A stretch of DNA of 64,000 nt from Glaucostegus cemiculus (taxonomy: Eukaryota), in contig CDPCPM010000180.1 of the NCBI GenBank assembly GCA_976551045.1, positions 1,054,001 to 1,118,000 on the forward strand. Reading direction: 5' to 3'. Of the stretch, positions 12,589 through 25,339 are shown piece by piece; the first letter of the stretch is position 1, and each line of letters begins with the position of its first letter. A model generated the notes under the pieces. That model worked only from the letters and a program-made list of their open reading frames with translations. It was not told the origin of the DNA and did not search any database. The translations under genes and the position numbers were made by a program.

Positions 12589-13073
12589 TCAGAATCAGGT
12601 TCATTGTCAGTGACATATGGTGTGAAATTTGTTGTTCTGCGGCAGCAGTATAGTGCAAAGACATAAAAACCTATAAATTACAAAAGTAAATAAATAGTGC
12701 AAAACAAAAGGAATAATGAGGTAATGTTCATGGGTTCATGGACTGTTCAGAAATCTGGTGGCAAAGTGGAAGAAGCTGCTCCTAAGCATTGAGTGTGGGT
12801 CTTCAGGCTCCTGTACCTCCTCCCTGATGGTAGTAATAAGAAGAGGGCATGTCCCGGATAGTGAGGGTACTTAGTGATGGATGCTGCCTTCCTGAGGCAC
12901 CGCCTCTTGTAGATGTCCTCAGTGGTGGGGAAAGTTGTGCCCCTGATTGAGCTGGCTGAGCCTACAACCCTCTGCAGCCTCTTACAGTCCTGTGCATTGG
13001 AACCTCCACACCAGGCTGTGATGCAACCAGTCAGGATGCTCTCCACCGTACATCTGTGGAAATTTGCAAGAGT
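12589..13073 (-). mobile_element. Rex1/Babar-type LINE 3' end
   Basis: ORF 12747..13076(-): NFHRCTVESILTGCITAW..HPGHALFxLLPSGRRYRSLKT-type sequence; (ATTCTG)-like tail. Confidence 0.85.
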
Positions 13074-13275
13074 CAAATTTGTTGAGAATCTCCTAGGGTC
13101 TTGCTTACAGTTAGTCGGAAAAATTGCTAGTCTTTCAGTAGTGTTTGTTGTAACAGGCCAAACTTTGGGTGAACCCAGTCATCTCATGTCATAGTGTCAC
13201 TAGTGACGGGAGGACAGAATAGCAGGAGCCACAGTGTTAGATATCAAAACTAATGGAAATGGATATTATTTGCTA

Positions 13276-13751
13276 TCCTGTGTATTGGAGGCTCCATACC
13301 AGGCTCTGATCCAACCAGTCAGAATGCTCTCTAACGTACACCTTCAGAAATTTGTAAGAGTCTTTGGTGACCACCAAATCTCCTCAAATTCCCTTCCTTG
13401 TGATTGCATCAATGTGTTGGACCCAGGATAGATCCTCTGAGATGTTGATGCCCAGGAACGTAAAGCTGCTCACCCTTTCCACTGCTGACCCCTCAATGAG
13501 GACTGGTGTGTGTTCTCCTGATTTCCCCTTCCTGAAGTCCACAATCAATTCCTTGGTCTTGCTGACACTGAGTGCAAGGTTGTTGTGACACCACTCAACC
13601 AGCTGGTCTATCTCACCTATGCCTATTCTTTGCCATCTGAGATTCTACCAACAACAGTGGTGTCATCGGTGAATCTATTGATGTTGTTTGAGCTGTGCTT
13701 AGCCACATAGTCATGAGTGTAGAGAGAGTAGAGCAGTGGGCTAAGCATGCA
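13276..13751 (-). mobile_element. Rex1/Babar-type LINE RT fragment
   Basis: Reverse strand encodes LSPLLYSLYTHD, FTDDTTVVG, LSVSKTKELIVDFRK, VERVSSFTFLGINIS. Confidence 0.85.
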
Positions 13752-13996
13752 GAAGTCAAACTTTCAGCAACTATGCCTCATTTTCAAATTTATATGATAG
13801 GCCATAAAATGCTCAGCCCTAGAAAAATCTGGCCAACTGTAATTGGTTGTGTTTGAGAGCCATTTTATGTAATAATTTATTAGGTAATAAGTTGCTTTAA
13901 TTGTTCTAACAGTAGACAAATCCAATGTAATATCATGTATTAATTTTTTTCTTTTAATAAAAATAAAACAATCATTAAAGGAAAGGCTTAGAATTA

Positions 13997-14225
13997 GACT
14001 CAGAGAGTGATGGGAGCGTGGAACAAGCTGCCATCTGACATGGTAAATGCAGGCTCACTCTTAAGTCTTAAGAATAAATTGGATAGATACATGAACGGGA
14101 GAGGTCTGGAGGGTTACGGACTGGGTACAGGTCAATGAGACTAGTGGAATAAAGCTTCGGCACAGACTAGAAGGGCTGAATGGCCTGTTTGCTGTGCTGC
14201 AGTGTTCTATGGTTCTACGGTTCTA
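13997..14225 (+). mobile_element. CR1 LINE 3' end
   Basis: TQRVMGAWNKLP; GGGCTGAATGGCCTG; (TTCTATGG)n tail. Confidence 0.85.
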
Positions 14226-16894
14226 ATTGTTTGCCTCACTTAAACTTATGGATTGGCTCTGAAGATTTTGTTTTTCACATTCAGTGATTATAATTCTTAT
14301 CATGCTGATGATGGTAATTACAATGCAGTGGTTTTTGTGAAGGAGTTTATAAAACAGGCCTTGACCTCAAAAAAGATACCAATTGAAATATATTTGAGTA
14401 AAACGTCGATTCAAGTTTGATTTTTTTTAGTTCATTTGTAAAATCAGCACTTACCATTGACTATGGACAAACCGATAATTCAAAGAAAGTATTTATTTTC
14501 AGTGAATTGCAATCAATAAATATTTGATAACTTGTACATCAGTGCACACATCTTCTGTAGTTTGCAAAAAATAATCATTCATGCCAGTTTTAAGTAGAGC
14601 AGTTTGAAAGAGCTAAGGTTAAGTGAGGTCAGCAGTTTGAAATATTTACTGGACAATGAAAGATTGCAGCCTTGTCATATCAGGTTGAAAAAATACTAGC
14701 GGGGCTCAGAGAAATCAATTTTGTAGAAGTTTCTTACTGTAGCCTGTAATTAATGTCTAACTCTCCAGGACTATGGCATATTTTACAACATGCCACTGCC
14801 TATTTGCTGCCAAGAATCAGGGCAGCAGCACAATTCAGGGTTAGACAGCAGAGTTAACAAGCTGGATGCAAGTTTTATTGGTCTATTAAATTAGAGATCA
14901 CTTACTCTATAGTTAAAGTAATCATGCAAGGGTGTTACTGTGCTTGTGTTTATATATACCTGTGCTTTTTTAACCTCTGAGGTATTTTTTTTCAACAGGT
15001 AATAAAGCAAGATTTGACACAAAAGATTTTTGCAAACTTATAGGAAACAAAACAGCTGTCACTGAAATCATGATGACTAACATCGGCTTTTCAAGAGTGT
15101 TGAGAGGTTCGAGGCAAATCTCAGAGCAAACATTATTAACCAAATCATTGGACTTGTCCATTCTTTTTCAGTCCTTAAATATCAAACAAGATTTTCAATT
15201 TACAATTACTGCACATCCCACCTATCAGAATGTAGAAATGAATAATTTTCCACACAATCTAGTAGTAAATATTTTAAAGAGGCTCTCACGACCCTCAGAT
15301 GGACAATAGCACTATAAAACCAACCCTAGCCCAATGTATGGAAAACTTCTTCTGTATTATATAATCATAAAGCTGTCTGTAAAGAATGCATTTGTGATTT
15401 GACAGAAATCTCTGGAATTGCTTAAGTAAACATAAGATTATTGCCAATATTTCAAAAAAATGTTATTTTTGTTGAAAGACAGTCATCCTTATGTCTGAAG
15501 CAGTTTAACTTCAACGAAAAAAATAATTAGCCATTTCTGAAGATGATAGGGTACATCCAACATGTTTGAAAGACATTAATCTCTACATGTCCAAACTTCT
15601 TGAAATTTGTGCCCAAATGTCTTGCTTTGGGGCTTTGCTAAATGCGGGGATGGAACACCTGCTCCTATAACTGTCGGCAAGAAGCTGCAATGTGATTAAA
15701 TCGGGGAAGGACATTTCCACCTCCTTCGTTTTATTCCCTTCTACTTTCAGGGGCACTCAGTAGAAGCGCTATTCCCCCACTCCTCTCACCCTCTCTTTCC
15801 ACTCTTCCAGGCGAGGATGATTTTGAGGTGCCGCCATAGCAGAAGAGCCGTAGTTATTGTCAGCCAGGAGCTCTTCTATACAATGGCCCTGACAGATGGA
15901 ACAGACGAATGGGAGATCAACTCGCTTTCCACTGAAAACAGGTAGAATCCAAATTGAAGATCAGAATCCTGCCTGAACAATGCTCTATCCCATTTTCTGG
16001 TCCCTGATTCACACCACAGTCGGATTTCATCCCTTACCCAGACCCAGTAGCTCAAATCCAAAATATTTTGCCTGAAATTATCTGCTTTTGATCGGTTAAT
16101 ATCATTACAGTAATTTTCATTGATCTTTTTTTTACTCTTTCTCTTTATCTCTTATGAATGGTCAGTGACAATAAAGTAAATAGTCTCCATCTGGAAATGA
16201 ATTGATCAGCTGTCCATTACGAAATGCATTACGTTAAGTTTTGAATAATGGACTGGAAGATAAACGAGGGTTTGACCCAAGTGCCTGTAATGCTGATAAT
16301 GATCTGAGGGTAAACATTCCTGCAGTCAATGCCAGTGATACAGACAAAAGCTTATGAGCAGTTCCCTACCAATTGACCTCTTAACTAATGGCTGCAATTC
16401 AAGAGCATGAAATGACAAAACCAGGAAGATGTGGACACAAAACAAGTATGAGACTTTAACCACACCGTGATATTTAGATGAAACCTAAAGTCAGGACCAG
16501 CTAATGGGATGAGCACACAACATGGGAGGTATGCATATAACACCAACATAGAACTGGTGTAAGGTGTCAGAGCCCCAGCAGACTACTCATATTGTTAGTG
16601 AAAGGGATAAGGAAAGGTCAAAGGGTTAACTTGTTCCAGACAGTACTGGAATGCAACCCATAACCCCAAGCAAAACAATAACTTATCGAGGATTTTTATT
16701 TACGCCATCTCATGGTCTAACTTCATCCAGTCCTTAGGAAAGCACAAGAGTCTGTGCTCTGCAGTCTATGAGCTTCTCTCTTATATATCATATTTTTCTA
16801 AATATGATATGTTTATTCTATAGTTGTAAGTGAGTTACTGCTCTTTCTAACTTTTTGAAATTGTAAATTTCCCTCCTGCAAATGAGACCAGTTA

Positions 16895-17131
16895 AACTCT
16901 GGGGCCATTCAGAAGGGGATTGACGGCAGATGGCTCTTCCTGGGTTCTGGTGAACATAGCTCCCTCAACAATACAACAACGCAAGTTGGCCAGTCATTCA
17001 TCTCATTGCTGTTCATGAATCCCTGCCAGTTTAGAATGACTGACACATCTGGTACATAAGAATAGTCATTGTGTTCTGATTGTGATTCATTTTGTGAAAG
17101 TACCTGCAGACACTTCCATGATGTGATGAAA
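16895..17131 (+). mobile_element. Ancient DeuSINE-like remnant, interrupted at its 3' end by a Rex1 tail
   Basis: TCCCTCAAC..GTCATTCATCTCATTGCTGTT..resembles the Deu domain and tail; the tail seems to resume after 17420 (AAATGTTGTATAAAAACAG). Confidence 0.45.
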
Positions 17132-17132
17132 T

Positions 17133-17420
17133 TGTTATTGGTATTGGTTTATTATTGTCACTTGTACAGAGGTACAGTGAAAAACTTGTCTTGCATACCG
17201 ATCGTACAAGTCAATTCATTACACAGTGCAGTTACATTGAGTTAGTACAGAGTGCACTGATGTAGTACAGGTAAAAACAATAACAGCACAGAGTAAAGTG
17301 TCACAGCTACAGAGAAAGTGCAGTGCAATAAGGTGCAAGGTCACAACAAGGTAGATTGTGAGGTCAGAGTCCATCTCATTGTATAAGGGAACCGTTCAAT
17401 GGTCTTATCACAGTGGGGTA
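17133..17420 (-). mobile_element. Rex1-type LINE 3' UTR
   Basis: (TATTGG)n tail followed by TTTATTATTGTCACTTGTAC..; near-identical to 23583-23875 and to the reverse complement of about 51410-51683, which is attached to Rex1 RT sequence. Confidence 0.85.
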
Positions 17421-18435
17421 AATGTTGTATAAAAACAGGTAGGGTTGTAGAGTTAATTGTTATTATACATTCAAACAATTAATATTTGTTTTAACCAATG
17501 AATATTATTTATTTTAACCCCCTAAAGGGTTAACAAGCTCACTGATCAGCCTTTTCTTTGCATAGCAAACACAATTCAAGTCTCCAAGGAGGACAAACTG
17601 CCCCTGTTTGTTACCAAAAATAAATAAATTACTTCATTTTGAACTTAAAGGTTCTGGCTAGATGACTTTCTGTGCTCATTTGCATTGATTTACCACTTTC
17701 ACTCCTAAACGTGCTACAACCAAATACAATTCACGCATTTGCAATCTTTGGGACATAAGCCATATCAGAGAATACCTAATTGTATGAAAGCTTTCTGTGG
17801 AGCCATCGTACCTAAAGTTACATTTTGCTTGATGTAATTCACAACTTACTCATTACTTAAATAAAGATATCGGTCCAGAATTTCCTTGGAGCATTGCTGC
17901 TTATGCTTTCTACTTACCTACCTGCTAAACTTGTTCTTATGTTGAACAGACTTCGTGGCACAAACTCCCTCAACAAAACAGGCTATAACCTGGTCAGCAA
18001 AGCTCTGAGCAGTGGAAGGTCTCACTGATTGTAAATTCCATGGAACTGCTTTGTGCTCTGGTTAAGCCATGCCCCCAGGCTGAACTGGTTGTCAAAGCTG
18101 TGAAAGAGTTTGAATGTTTGTGAATAAATATCTCTGACATTAGCAAACATCGAAAAGCTTTTAAAAATTAAATGCACTGATTTTAAGAAACATAAATGAT
18201 TAAAACTCTCTTTAGAAAATTATAAAAAATTAAAACACTTGAAAAACTTAGAACACTCTTAAAAGCAATTAAATAAAATAATATCAACTCAATTAAATAA
18301 AAGGTAACTAAATCATCTGTAGCCTACCTCTCCCCATTCCAGAGAAATGAATGGAGTTGCTGAACTTGTGCCAGATGAAAGCTGGCAGATCTCACATCAT
18401 AACTGCTGGGGAACTACAAAGAGGTTCATGCTCAC

Positions 18436-18524
18436 CAGTACCAGCAAGAAACACCAGCTGACCATTACAGTATACAGGACCATTACAGTGTACAGTACCA
18501 GCAAGAAACACCAGCTGACCATTA
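18436..18524 (+). repeat. Nested tandem duplication (32-bp direct repeat plus 18-bp internal repeat)
   Basis: CAGTACCAGCAAGAAACACCAGCTGACCATTA at 18436 and 18493; GACCATTACAGT(A/G)TACAG at 18460 and 18478. Confidence 0.9.
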
Positions 18525-20479
18525 TATGCAGGAGACCAGCCTTCAACACTATTACCTAGGGAATGGCCAACAGCCCCAGGTAGAAGGGTCAGGTCTTTGT
18601 AGATTTGGACTGAATTTCCATCATTTCCTGAAATGAATTTTCTGAAAAGGCAATTTCCTCCTTTTTTTGTGGGTTTCTGCCCAAAAGGAATTGCGGCAGA
18701 CCGGGAGAAACAGAGGTGATAGCCATAAATCGTAAGTAAAACATAAAACTTATTTGCCTTTATAATTCTGAGGTGTAGTTCCACATGCTGAGCTGTACCA
18801 CTGTAAGACAATGAGAAAAAATAACTGCTCGATTGATGGTAAGAAGAAATTACACTATGGACCAGATCTTGCTGTTGGTAGTGAGTTTCTGATTTCTGAA
18901 TAAGGAGAGAACCAACCCCAGGTGTGGCCCTGAGCATGAGCACTGAAATAAGATCAGATGAAGGCAACAGACTAATATAACTAAATTAACCATAAAACTG
19001 ACTAAAAATTGTTTGACAGCTAGCTGAGCCTTGTCCTCTGGCTTAGCTAAGCTGTCAATGCTGTCAAGCCCTATGAATTCTTCTGAACACATCTGACATT
19101 CAAAATCATTCAAAAACTATTAAATAAAATGCTTTCTTAAAAAGAATCTTAAAGAAACTCTTATGCACTTGAAACATTTAAAACACAAAATTAAAAAAAA
19201 ACACAAACTAAATTAATTAATATTTACTGAAGTCCGTTATGCCCATTGAAAAGAATGAGCAAGCCCTCAGTGACACAAGATGTTCATGCAGATTCGCCAT
19301 CGTAACGACTGATATCTGGGATAAAATTTGTATCAGGGTACAAAAGAAATAATGTCATAAACAGTTGATTTTAACGTTGGGACACCTGCATTTACACAGT
19401 AATCCCAAAACTGATATCCTCTGGTGGGATCTTTGTAAAGAAAGAGGTTAGAAACAGTGTCAAAGGAGTTACACGTGTTACACGTGTTAGGGGTCTGCAG
19501 TAATGAGATATGCAATAGCCACTAAGGAGTTGTCTGAGTACAGATCATTGTGAAGCTCTCCACTAAAATGTTGTGACTGTGTTAAGCCAGGCCCCTTCAC
19601 TAACAGTGCCCAATCCAATTCCTTTTCAGAAGGCATGGCTTCAAAATCCAATGTAGGATGCAGCTACTTTTAAGTCACAACCTGAAGCACTCTTCTGAAC
19701 ATACCCATCCTATCCAAACAGTGAAAGAGTGCATTGACCAATTGAGAAGATGCACATGCTTCATACCAGGGCTGCACCTCATGGAAAGAGGGAGCAGACT
19801 AGATCAGCCAGAAGCCACTTGCTGATGCAGTTTTCTCCACTGAAAAACTCGGATGAAGTCAAACTGCAGAAGGTGAAGGTATATAGTAACAACTCTGAAA
19901 ATATCATGCTTCAAAGTGGGGGAACTCTACATGGTATCACATGTAACCTGTACCATGAAGAGTAAGCGCTTTTTGCTGAAGAACTATTCTGAGGGAGCAC
20001 ACACCGTAAGATATTTGGTATTGCTGGCAGCCTGAAATCATAGGGGAGCCATCAACTTCATAATGCAGAGCCTGTAAAGCCTTTTAATTTTTGGAGAAGA
20101 AAGTAATACCTTCGTTGTTTAATCATGCACTAGTTGTCATTCTTCAGGATAACGGCACACAAGGGCCATTGGATATGCCTTGACCCTGTCGGAATGAGTG
20201 AGAAGCAAGTGCAACTGCCTGTAGGAGGAATGACTTTAAAATAAGATGCTGTGGAAAATGCTTTGCAGCTGCAGAAATCAGTGGAGCAAGTCTCCACCCT
20301 CCTCATACTTGGACACTCCTTACTTCAGCCTGGATCCTATGGCTCTGGAAACAAGCAGCTCCTTAGAAACCTCAGTCTACATTACCCTGGCCTAATATTG
20401 ACATTGTGTGAAAATGCAAACCAAATAAATTGGCAGCTTGTTTCACACATTTCTGGAATTTTATTCCCACTAACTGTAG

Positions 20480-21200
20480 CTGTTAATTCACCCTGTCCTG
20501 TTTCACACCATGATACAAAGTCAGGATTACCATCCCACTTCCTGCTGCTGAGTGCAGTTCCAGGGTAAAATCAGGAAACTTGACGATGCATAAGAACTGA
20601 ATAAGGCTCGGAAACTCTGCACCGACTTCTCGAAGGAACCAAATGCATGCAATAACTTGAGGAAGAGTGACTTAAAGATACAAAATGTGCAGAAGCCTTT
20701 GTTGCTTAGAAAGGTTTTCCTTCTCCAGTTCGACGCCATTAATAAACCAAATGAAAGTGATGGAGATTCCGTTGCCCTCTCAACCAACTAGCCATCTCCT
20801 GCATATGCACACTGCCTGGAACAACCAGTGTTACATCCCTCCGTTGCAACTTTCAAATATCATTGGTACTAGAAACATACCTCTGGGCACAAAGGACCAT
20901 TAAGGAAATTATGTTGTTCAGTGATGACTCCTTCTGCCAAATTATTCACTGCACCCACTGACATCTGGCAGTAGTGACACTGCGTGAATAGAGCAGAATA
21001 TCTGTTCTGCCTTCCCTGCCTCTTCAAACTCTGCAAATGCCAATAGGTGGAGAGTGAAGTATTATTGTTGATAAGTCTTATTGCTTCATAAATAAACTGG
21101 GTAAAGGTTGCCCAGGTTTTTAAAGAATCAACACAGCACCAAACTTCGGACATTGCTCCATCTGTGAGCCACAAAGACTCGGTGCGAGGTCGAAACTCTA
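20480..21200 (-). pseudogene. Highly decayed Harbinger DDE transposase relic (tentative)
   Basis: Colinear weak motifs on the minus strand: RV(F)RPR..LTD.EQC.R (about 21180), WLVG / W.LM (about 20790-20740), AFG..FRAL (about 20640-20605). Confidence 0.3.
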
Positions 21201-23044
21201 CGAACCAGAGTCCCCTGGTATTCCAGACTAATGCAACACATCTGTCTAGGTGTGAACTGAGGTGGATGAGCTTGACACTTGATGATGCCTTTCATCATTA
21301 GACATCTAGGGAGACCCAATTATTTGCATGATTGTGCTACTAGACTAATGTACCTGCTCCTTTGGTTTTATTCTAGCCAGGAATTGGAGCCAAGACAATC
21401 GAGCGTGCAGAGTGATGTAGAGTCAAACGGTGTGGAATTGTAATGACTCTTTCATATTTTGGTTGGAGCTTTAGGATGGTGCATATGCTAACATTATCCT
21501 ACTACCTTAAACATCTTTCAGAATTTGGTGTAATAAGTAGCTTTTCTATTACAGAATGAGAATACTTTTGCTTAATCTTTCCTCTGAATGTTATGATGGT
21601 GACAAGCACTTGCTAAGTCTCTGTTGATGGGGTGGTTTCGCACTCTAAGCTAAATTCAGCTGCTATATTCCTTTTTGAAATCCACTTTGACCTTAAGACA
21701 TTTTCTTGACCTTTTCTGAGTCCAGCGCACTAATGTGCCATGCCTGCAGAGCACAGACCACCACTGAGGTCAGTGCCAGAGACTGAGTGGTTTTGGATCA
21801 AGTGCTTGGAATGCAAAGGATGCTGCCTGACTTCAAATCACTCCACTTTATAGCAGTAGACAGCTGTCAGTAAACTGAGACCCTAATGTCCTCAGCCTGA
21901 GCATGCGTCAAGCTCTCTTTTCAAGAATAAACAGGAAAAGGAATTACGTAATCCCCACATAGTCTTTTCAATTCAGAAATTTGTGTTACATTTACTCTAT
22001 CCTTGTCTGGCCATCCTGTAGTTCAGAATAACTCTGTATGACTTAAACATACTCATGCCGTAATCATGTAGCACTCAGTTATAGTCACCAATGTAAATAT
22101 CTCTGGCACATATTGTCATATAATCAGTCTTCCATTCCCACACTTCAAAAAGTTCAAAATGCAAAGTGAAGACTGCCTAAATGATATTTGAACACAAGTC
22201 ACTTTTACTTTCTTTTCTAATTCTTGATAGCTGATGCATAACAAGGACATACAACTCCTACAGAAAGCACATTAACAAGACATAAAAACAGAGGCCATTC
22301 CAAGATTTATGATATCAATCAATCTGCTATCCTCTACAAAAATAAAATACATCATTTCTGGCTACTACTCGGCCCTGATTTTCATTTCCATTGAAGTGAA
22401 GGATATAACAAGTAGCTGATCCTTTCCCTCCCACAACATTTGAACACTAGAGGCTATAATGAGAATGTTGTTCCACATTCTTATGAACTAATGACTACTT
22501 ATTCAGCTTTTGTTTGATCAGTGCCCCTGCTACTGGCTTCAGCGTGCAGCCACTGTAACCACTGATGCATTCTGTGCATGCAGAATGTAGTGTCTACACA
22601 CTGCAGCAAAACACCAAGCTCACTTTGACACCTCCCAGCCCTGTGCCCTTTATCATAAAAAAAAATGACATTGTGGGAATAAAGCAATAAACAGAATTCT
22701 TGAAGAACTCAGCGGGTCAAACAACATCTGTGGAGGCAAAAGGTGAAAGTTGACAGTGTGGGTCAAGACACTGCATCAGGACTGAGAGGGAACATGAAGG
22801 ATTGGCGGTATACAGCAGAGTGTAGGGGGATCAGACAGAGAGTAGGTAGGAGATAGGTGGAGCCAGGTGGGACAGGGATAATGGGTGGATGGAACCAGGC
22901 TGGAGGAGGGGGATGGGGAGGGGGAGGGGGAGGGGATGGGAGAGATGAACAAAGGAAGAAGAAAACGAGATGGACAGATGAGTACGTGTGGGAGCAGAGC
23001 ACCAGGAGGTGTGAGGTACCTGAAACTTGAAAATTCAATGTTTG

Positions 23045-23300
23045 GGGGTGGCACAATAGCGTAGCGGTTAGCGCGACACTGTTACAGCGCCAGCAATCGG
23101 GGTTTGATTCCCGTCGCTGATTGTAAGGAGTCTGTACGTTCCCCCGTGTCTGTGTGGGTTTCCTCCGGGTGCTCCGGTTTCCTCCCACATTCCAAAGATG
23201 TACGGGTAGGTTAATTTGGGGGTTTAAAATGGGCGGCGTGGACTCGTTGGGCCGAAAGGGCCTGTTACCACGCTGTAAATAAAAATTCATTTCAAAATAT
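23045..23300 (+). mobile_element. tRNA-derived V-domain SINE with CR1-like tail
   Basis: A box TAGCGTAGCGG, B-box-like GGTTTGATTCC, V core GTGGGTTTCCTCCGGGTGCTCCGGTTTCCTCCCAC, tail TTGGGCCGAAAGGGCCTGTTACCACGCTGTA. Confidence 0.85.
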
Positions 23301-23582
23301 TTATTTATTTATTTATACCATTGCTTTGTAAGAATAAAAAATGTTATTCTTTCAATTTGCATTGTGGCCTCTCCATAGCAGTGGAGGAGGCCAAGAACAG
23401 ACAGGTTGGTGTCAGAGTGGGAAGGGTTAAAGTGACATGCAGCGGGGAGCTCGAGATGGACAATGCGGAGAGCAGGTGCTCCACAAAATGCTCACCTAGT
23501 CTACACTTGGTTTCACTACTGTCGAGGAGGCCACATCGCAAGCACCAAATGCAGTGGACCAGGTTGGAAGAGGTGCCTCTCT

Positions 23583-23875
23583 TTGGTATTGGTATTAGTT
23601 TATTATTGTCACTTGTACCGAGGTACAGTGGAAAACTTGTCTTGCATACCGATCGTACAGGTCAATTCATTACACATTGCAGTTACATTGAGTTAGTACA
23701 GAGTGCATTGAGGTAGTGCAGGTGTACAGAGTAAAGTGTCACAGCTACAGAGAAAGTGCAGTGTAATAAGGTGCAAGGTCACAACAAGATAGATCGTGAG
23801 GTCAGAGTCCATCTCATCGTATTAGGGAACTGTTCAATAGTCTTATCACAGTGGGGTAGCAGCTGTCCTATACCC
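23583..23875 (-). mobile_element. Rex1-type LINE 3' UTR nested in the Penelope element
   Basis: Same sequence as 17133-17420; the host PLE reads through on both sides. Confidence 0.85.
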
Positions 23876-24075
23876 TGGTGGAAGGGCTGTTTAGGTCCTG
23901 GATTGGTGGTGAGGGAGGAGGTGAAGGGACAGGTATTACACCTCCTTGGGTTGAACGGGAAAGTGCCAGGGCTTGGGAAGGGTGGGTGCGGAGGGATGAG
24001 CAGACAAGGAAGTCCTGAGGAGCAATCCCTGCGGAAAGCCGAAAGGTGGGGGGGGAGAAGGGAAGGTATGAGGGT

Positions 24076-24345
24076 GGTGAGATCACCTGTCAGCCTCTGT
24101 CTTACCCCTCCCCCACCTGGTTCCATCTGCCCATCACTCACTCCCCACCTGGTTCCATTATTACCTACCACCCTCTACCCCACTCCCACTCCCACTCCCT
24201 CACCACTGGCAATCTTTCCTCTTCCGCTCCAATCCAGATGCAGGGTCTCCATCTGAAACATCGACTTATACCTTTTGCCTCCACAGATGCTGTTTGACCC
24301 CCTGAGTTCTTCCAGGGTTCTGATTTTTGTTCGAGATTCCAGCGC
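24076..24345 (+). mobile_element. Penelope-like terminal segment, inverted relative to 22688-24075
   Basis: CCCCACCTGGTTCCATCTGCCCATCA..CAGATGCAGGGTCTCC..TGAAACATCGAC..CACAGATGCTG..GATTCCAGC. Confidence 0.8.
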
Positions 24346-24599
24346 CTGAAATCCTTTTTTTTATCTTGGGGGAGTAGAACGATCCCCAAGTTTCCCACCA
24401 GGACATATGCTGTCCTAACTTTGTCACTTGGTTTAAATTCAGCCACATTTCTTCCCAAAAGTGGATGCATCCATATTGCTGGGAGCAGCTAAGCACAAAG
24501 AATAATCCACGGCAAGGTAAAGAAGTTACTTCCAGTCCGAATGTTGGGTAGTCCATCTCTTTGTGTACGGTGCGTTTGCCTAGAAGCACTGGAATAGGA

Positions 24600-24850
24600 T
24601 ACCATGGCTCTTGTCGAGGTTCACTCCAAGCAGTTGGGTCACCAGACTCTGATTGCTAGAGCTGTACACAGAGACAACCATCAACTGCTGCTGGAAGGTC
24701 ACCATCTCGGTGCAAGATCCACTTTGGTCTGCTGGAAAATCATTTGGTCTTCTAGAGTAAGGGGATAGCTACAAGTGAATACTGCTGGAATACGTGCTGA
24801 GGGATGCTCTGAAACTTGGTGCAGCCTCCTCAGAGGCTTCATGGGGAAGG
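24600..24850 (-). pseudogene. Possible Harbinger Myb/SANT exon relic, divergent from the adjacent transposase relic
   Basis: Minus strand GCTGCACCAAGTTTCAGAGCATCCCTC resembles the AAPRFSDASL start of Myb/SANT ORFs; very decayed. Confidence 0.3.
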
Positions 24851-25339
24851 ACCACAGTCTAAGGTCCTGGTTCCACTGGACATTCGAGGGCTGAGCCTTG
24901 TGTGGCAGCCTCTCAGATGTTTCCCAGGTGCATTGTTTAAGGGGGAAACATATCTGAAGCTTTGCAACAGAACATGTTGAATTGATGGTACAATGAATGT
25001 AGGGAAAGACATGCACCAATTGTATTTCATATCAATGCCATTATGAATAAAGTATACTTTTGAAATACAAAACATGATTGTGGCTTCACAAGAACAGATT
25101 TCCTTTTTGTGGGATCCCTGCCTGAACAGAAGTATTCCCACCCACTGAGTTACAGTTATAGGATTCCGAAGCGGCACTCCTGGGTCTGTTGGTTTAACAA
25201 AGTGCGAGTGGAAGCAGTAAGATGTGAAGCACCATTTAAGGCAGATGTGCTTACGAGATAACAAGGTATCAGCCCTCTCATCAGCAAAGTGACCCCTCCC
25301 CACAATCCTCATCCAAGGAATTCACAGACCACGTAAATC

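Larger units (their letters stand above)
22688..24075 (-). mobile_element. Penelope-like element 3' region (GIY-YIG part and terminal repeat), with two nested insertions
   Basis: ORF 23779..24171(-) PHLSAFRRDCS..PGTFPFNPRRCNTCPFTSS..GPKQPF; ORF 23344..23541(-) CGLL..ETKCRLGEHFVEHL; PLE terminus at the left end. Confidence 0.85.

Noticed and set aside
16785-16810. 11-bp hairpin ATATCATATTT-TTCT-AAATATGATAT
   Set aside because: It is AT-rich and short, so plausible by chance; intrinsic terminator logic does not apply to this genome
18392-18967. 191-aa minus-strand ORF
   Set aside because: No recognisable domain; its internal repeat comes from the DNA duplication at 18436-18524
22763-23290. 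Proline-rich ORFs here and at 40397-40876, 42177-42492 and 57480-57902
   Set aside because: They are translations of C-rich Penelope terminal repeats and SINE sequence
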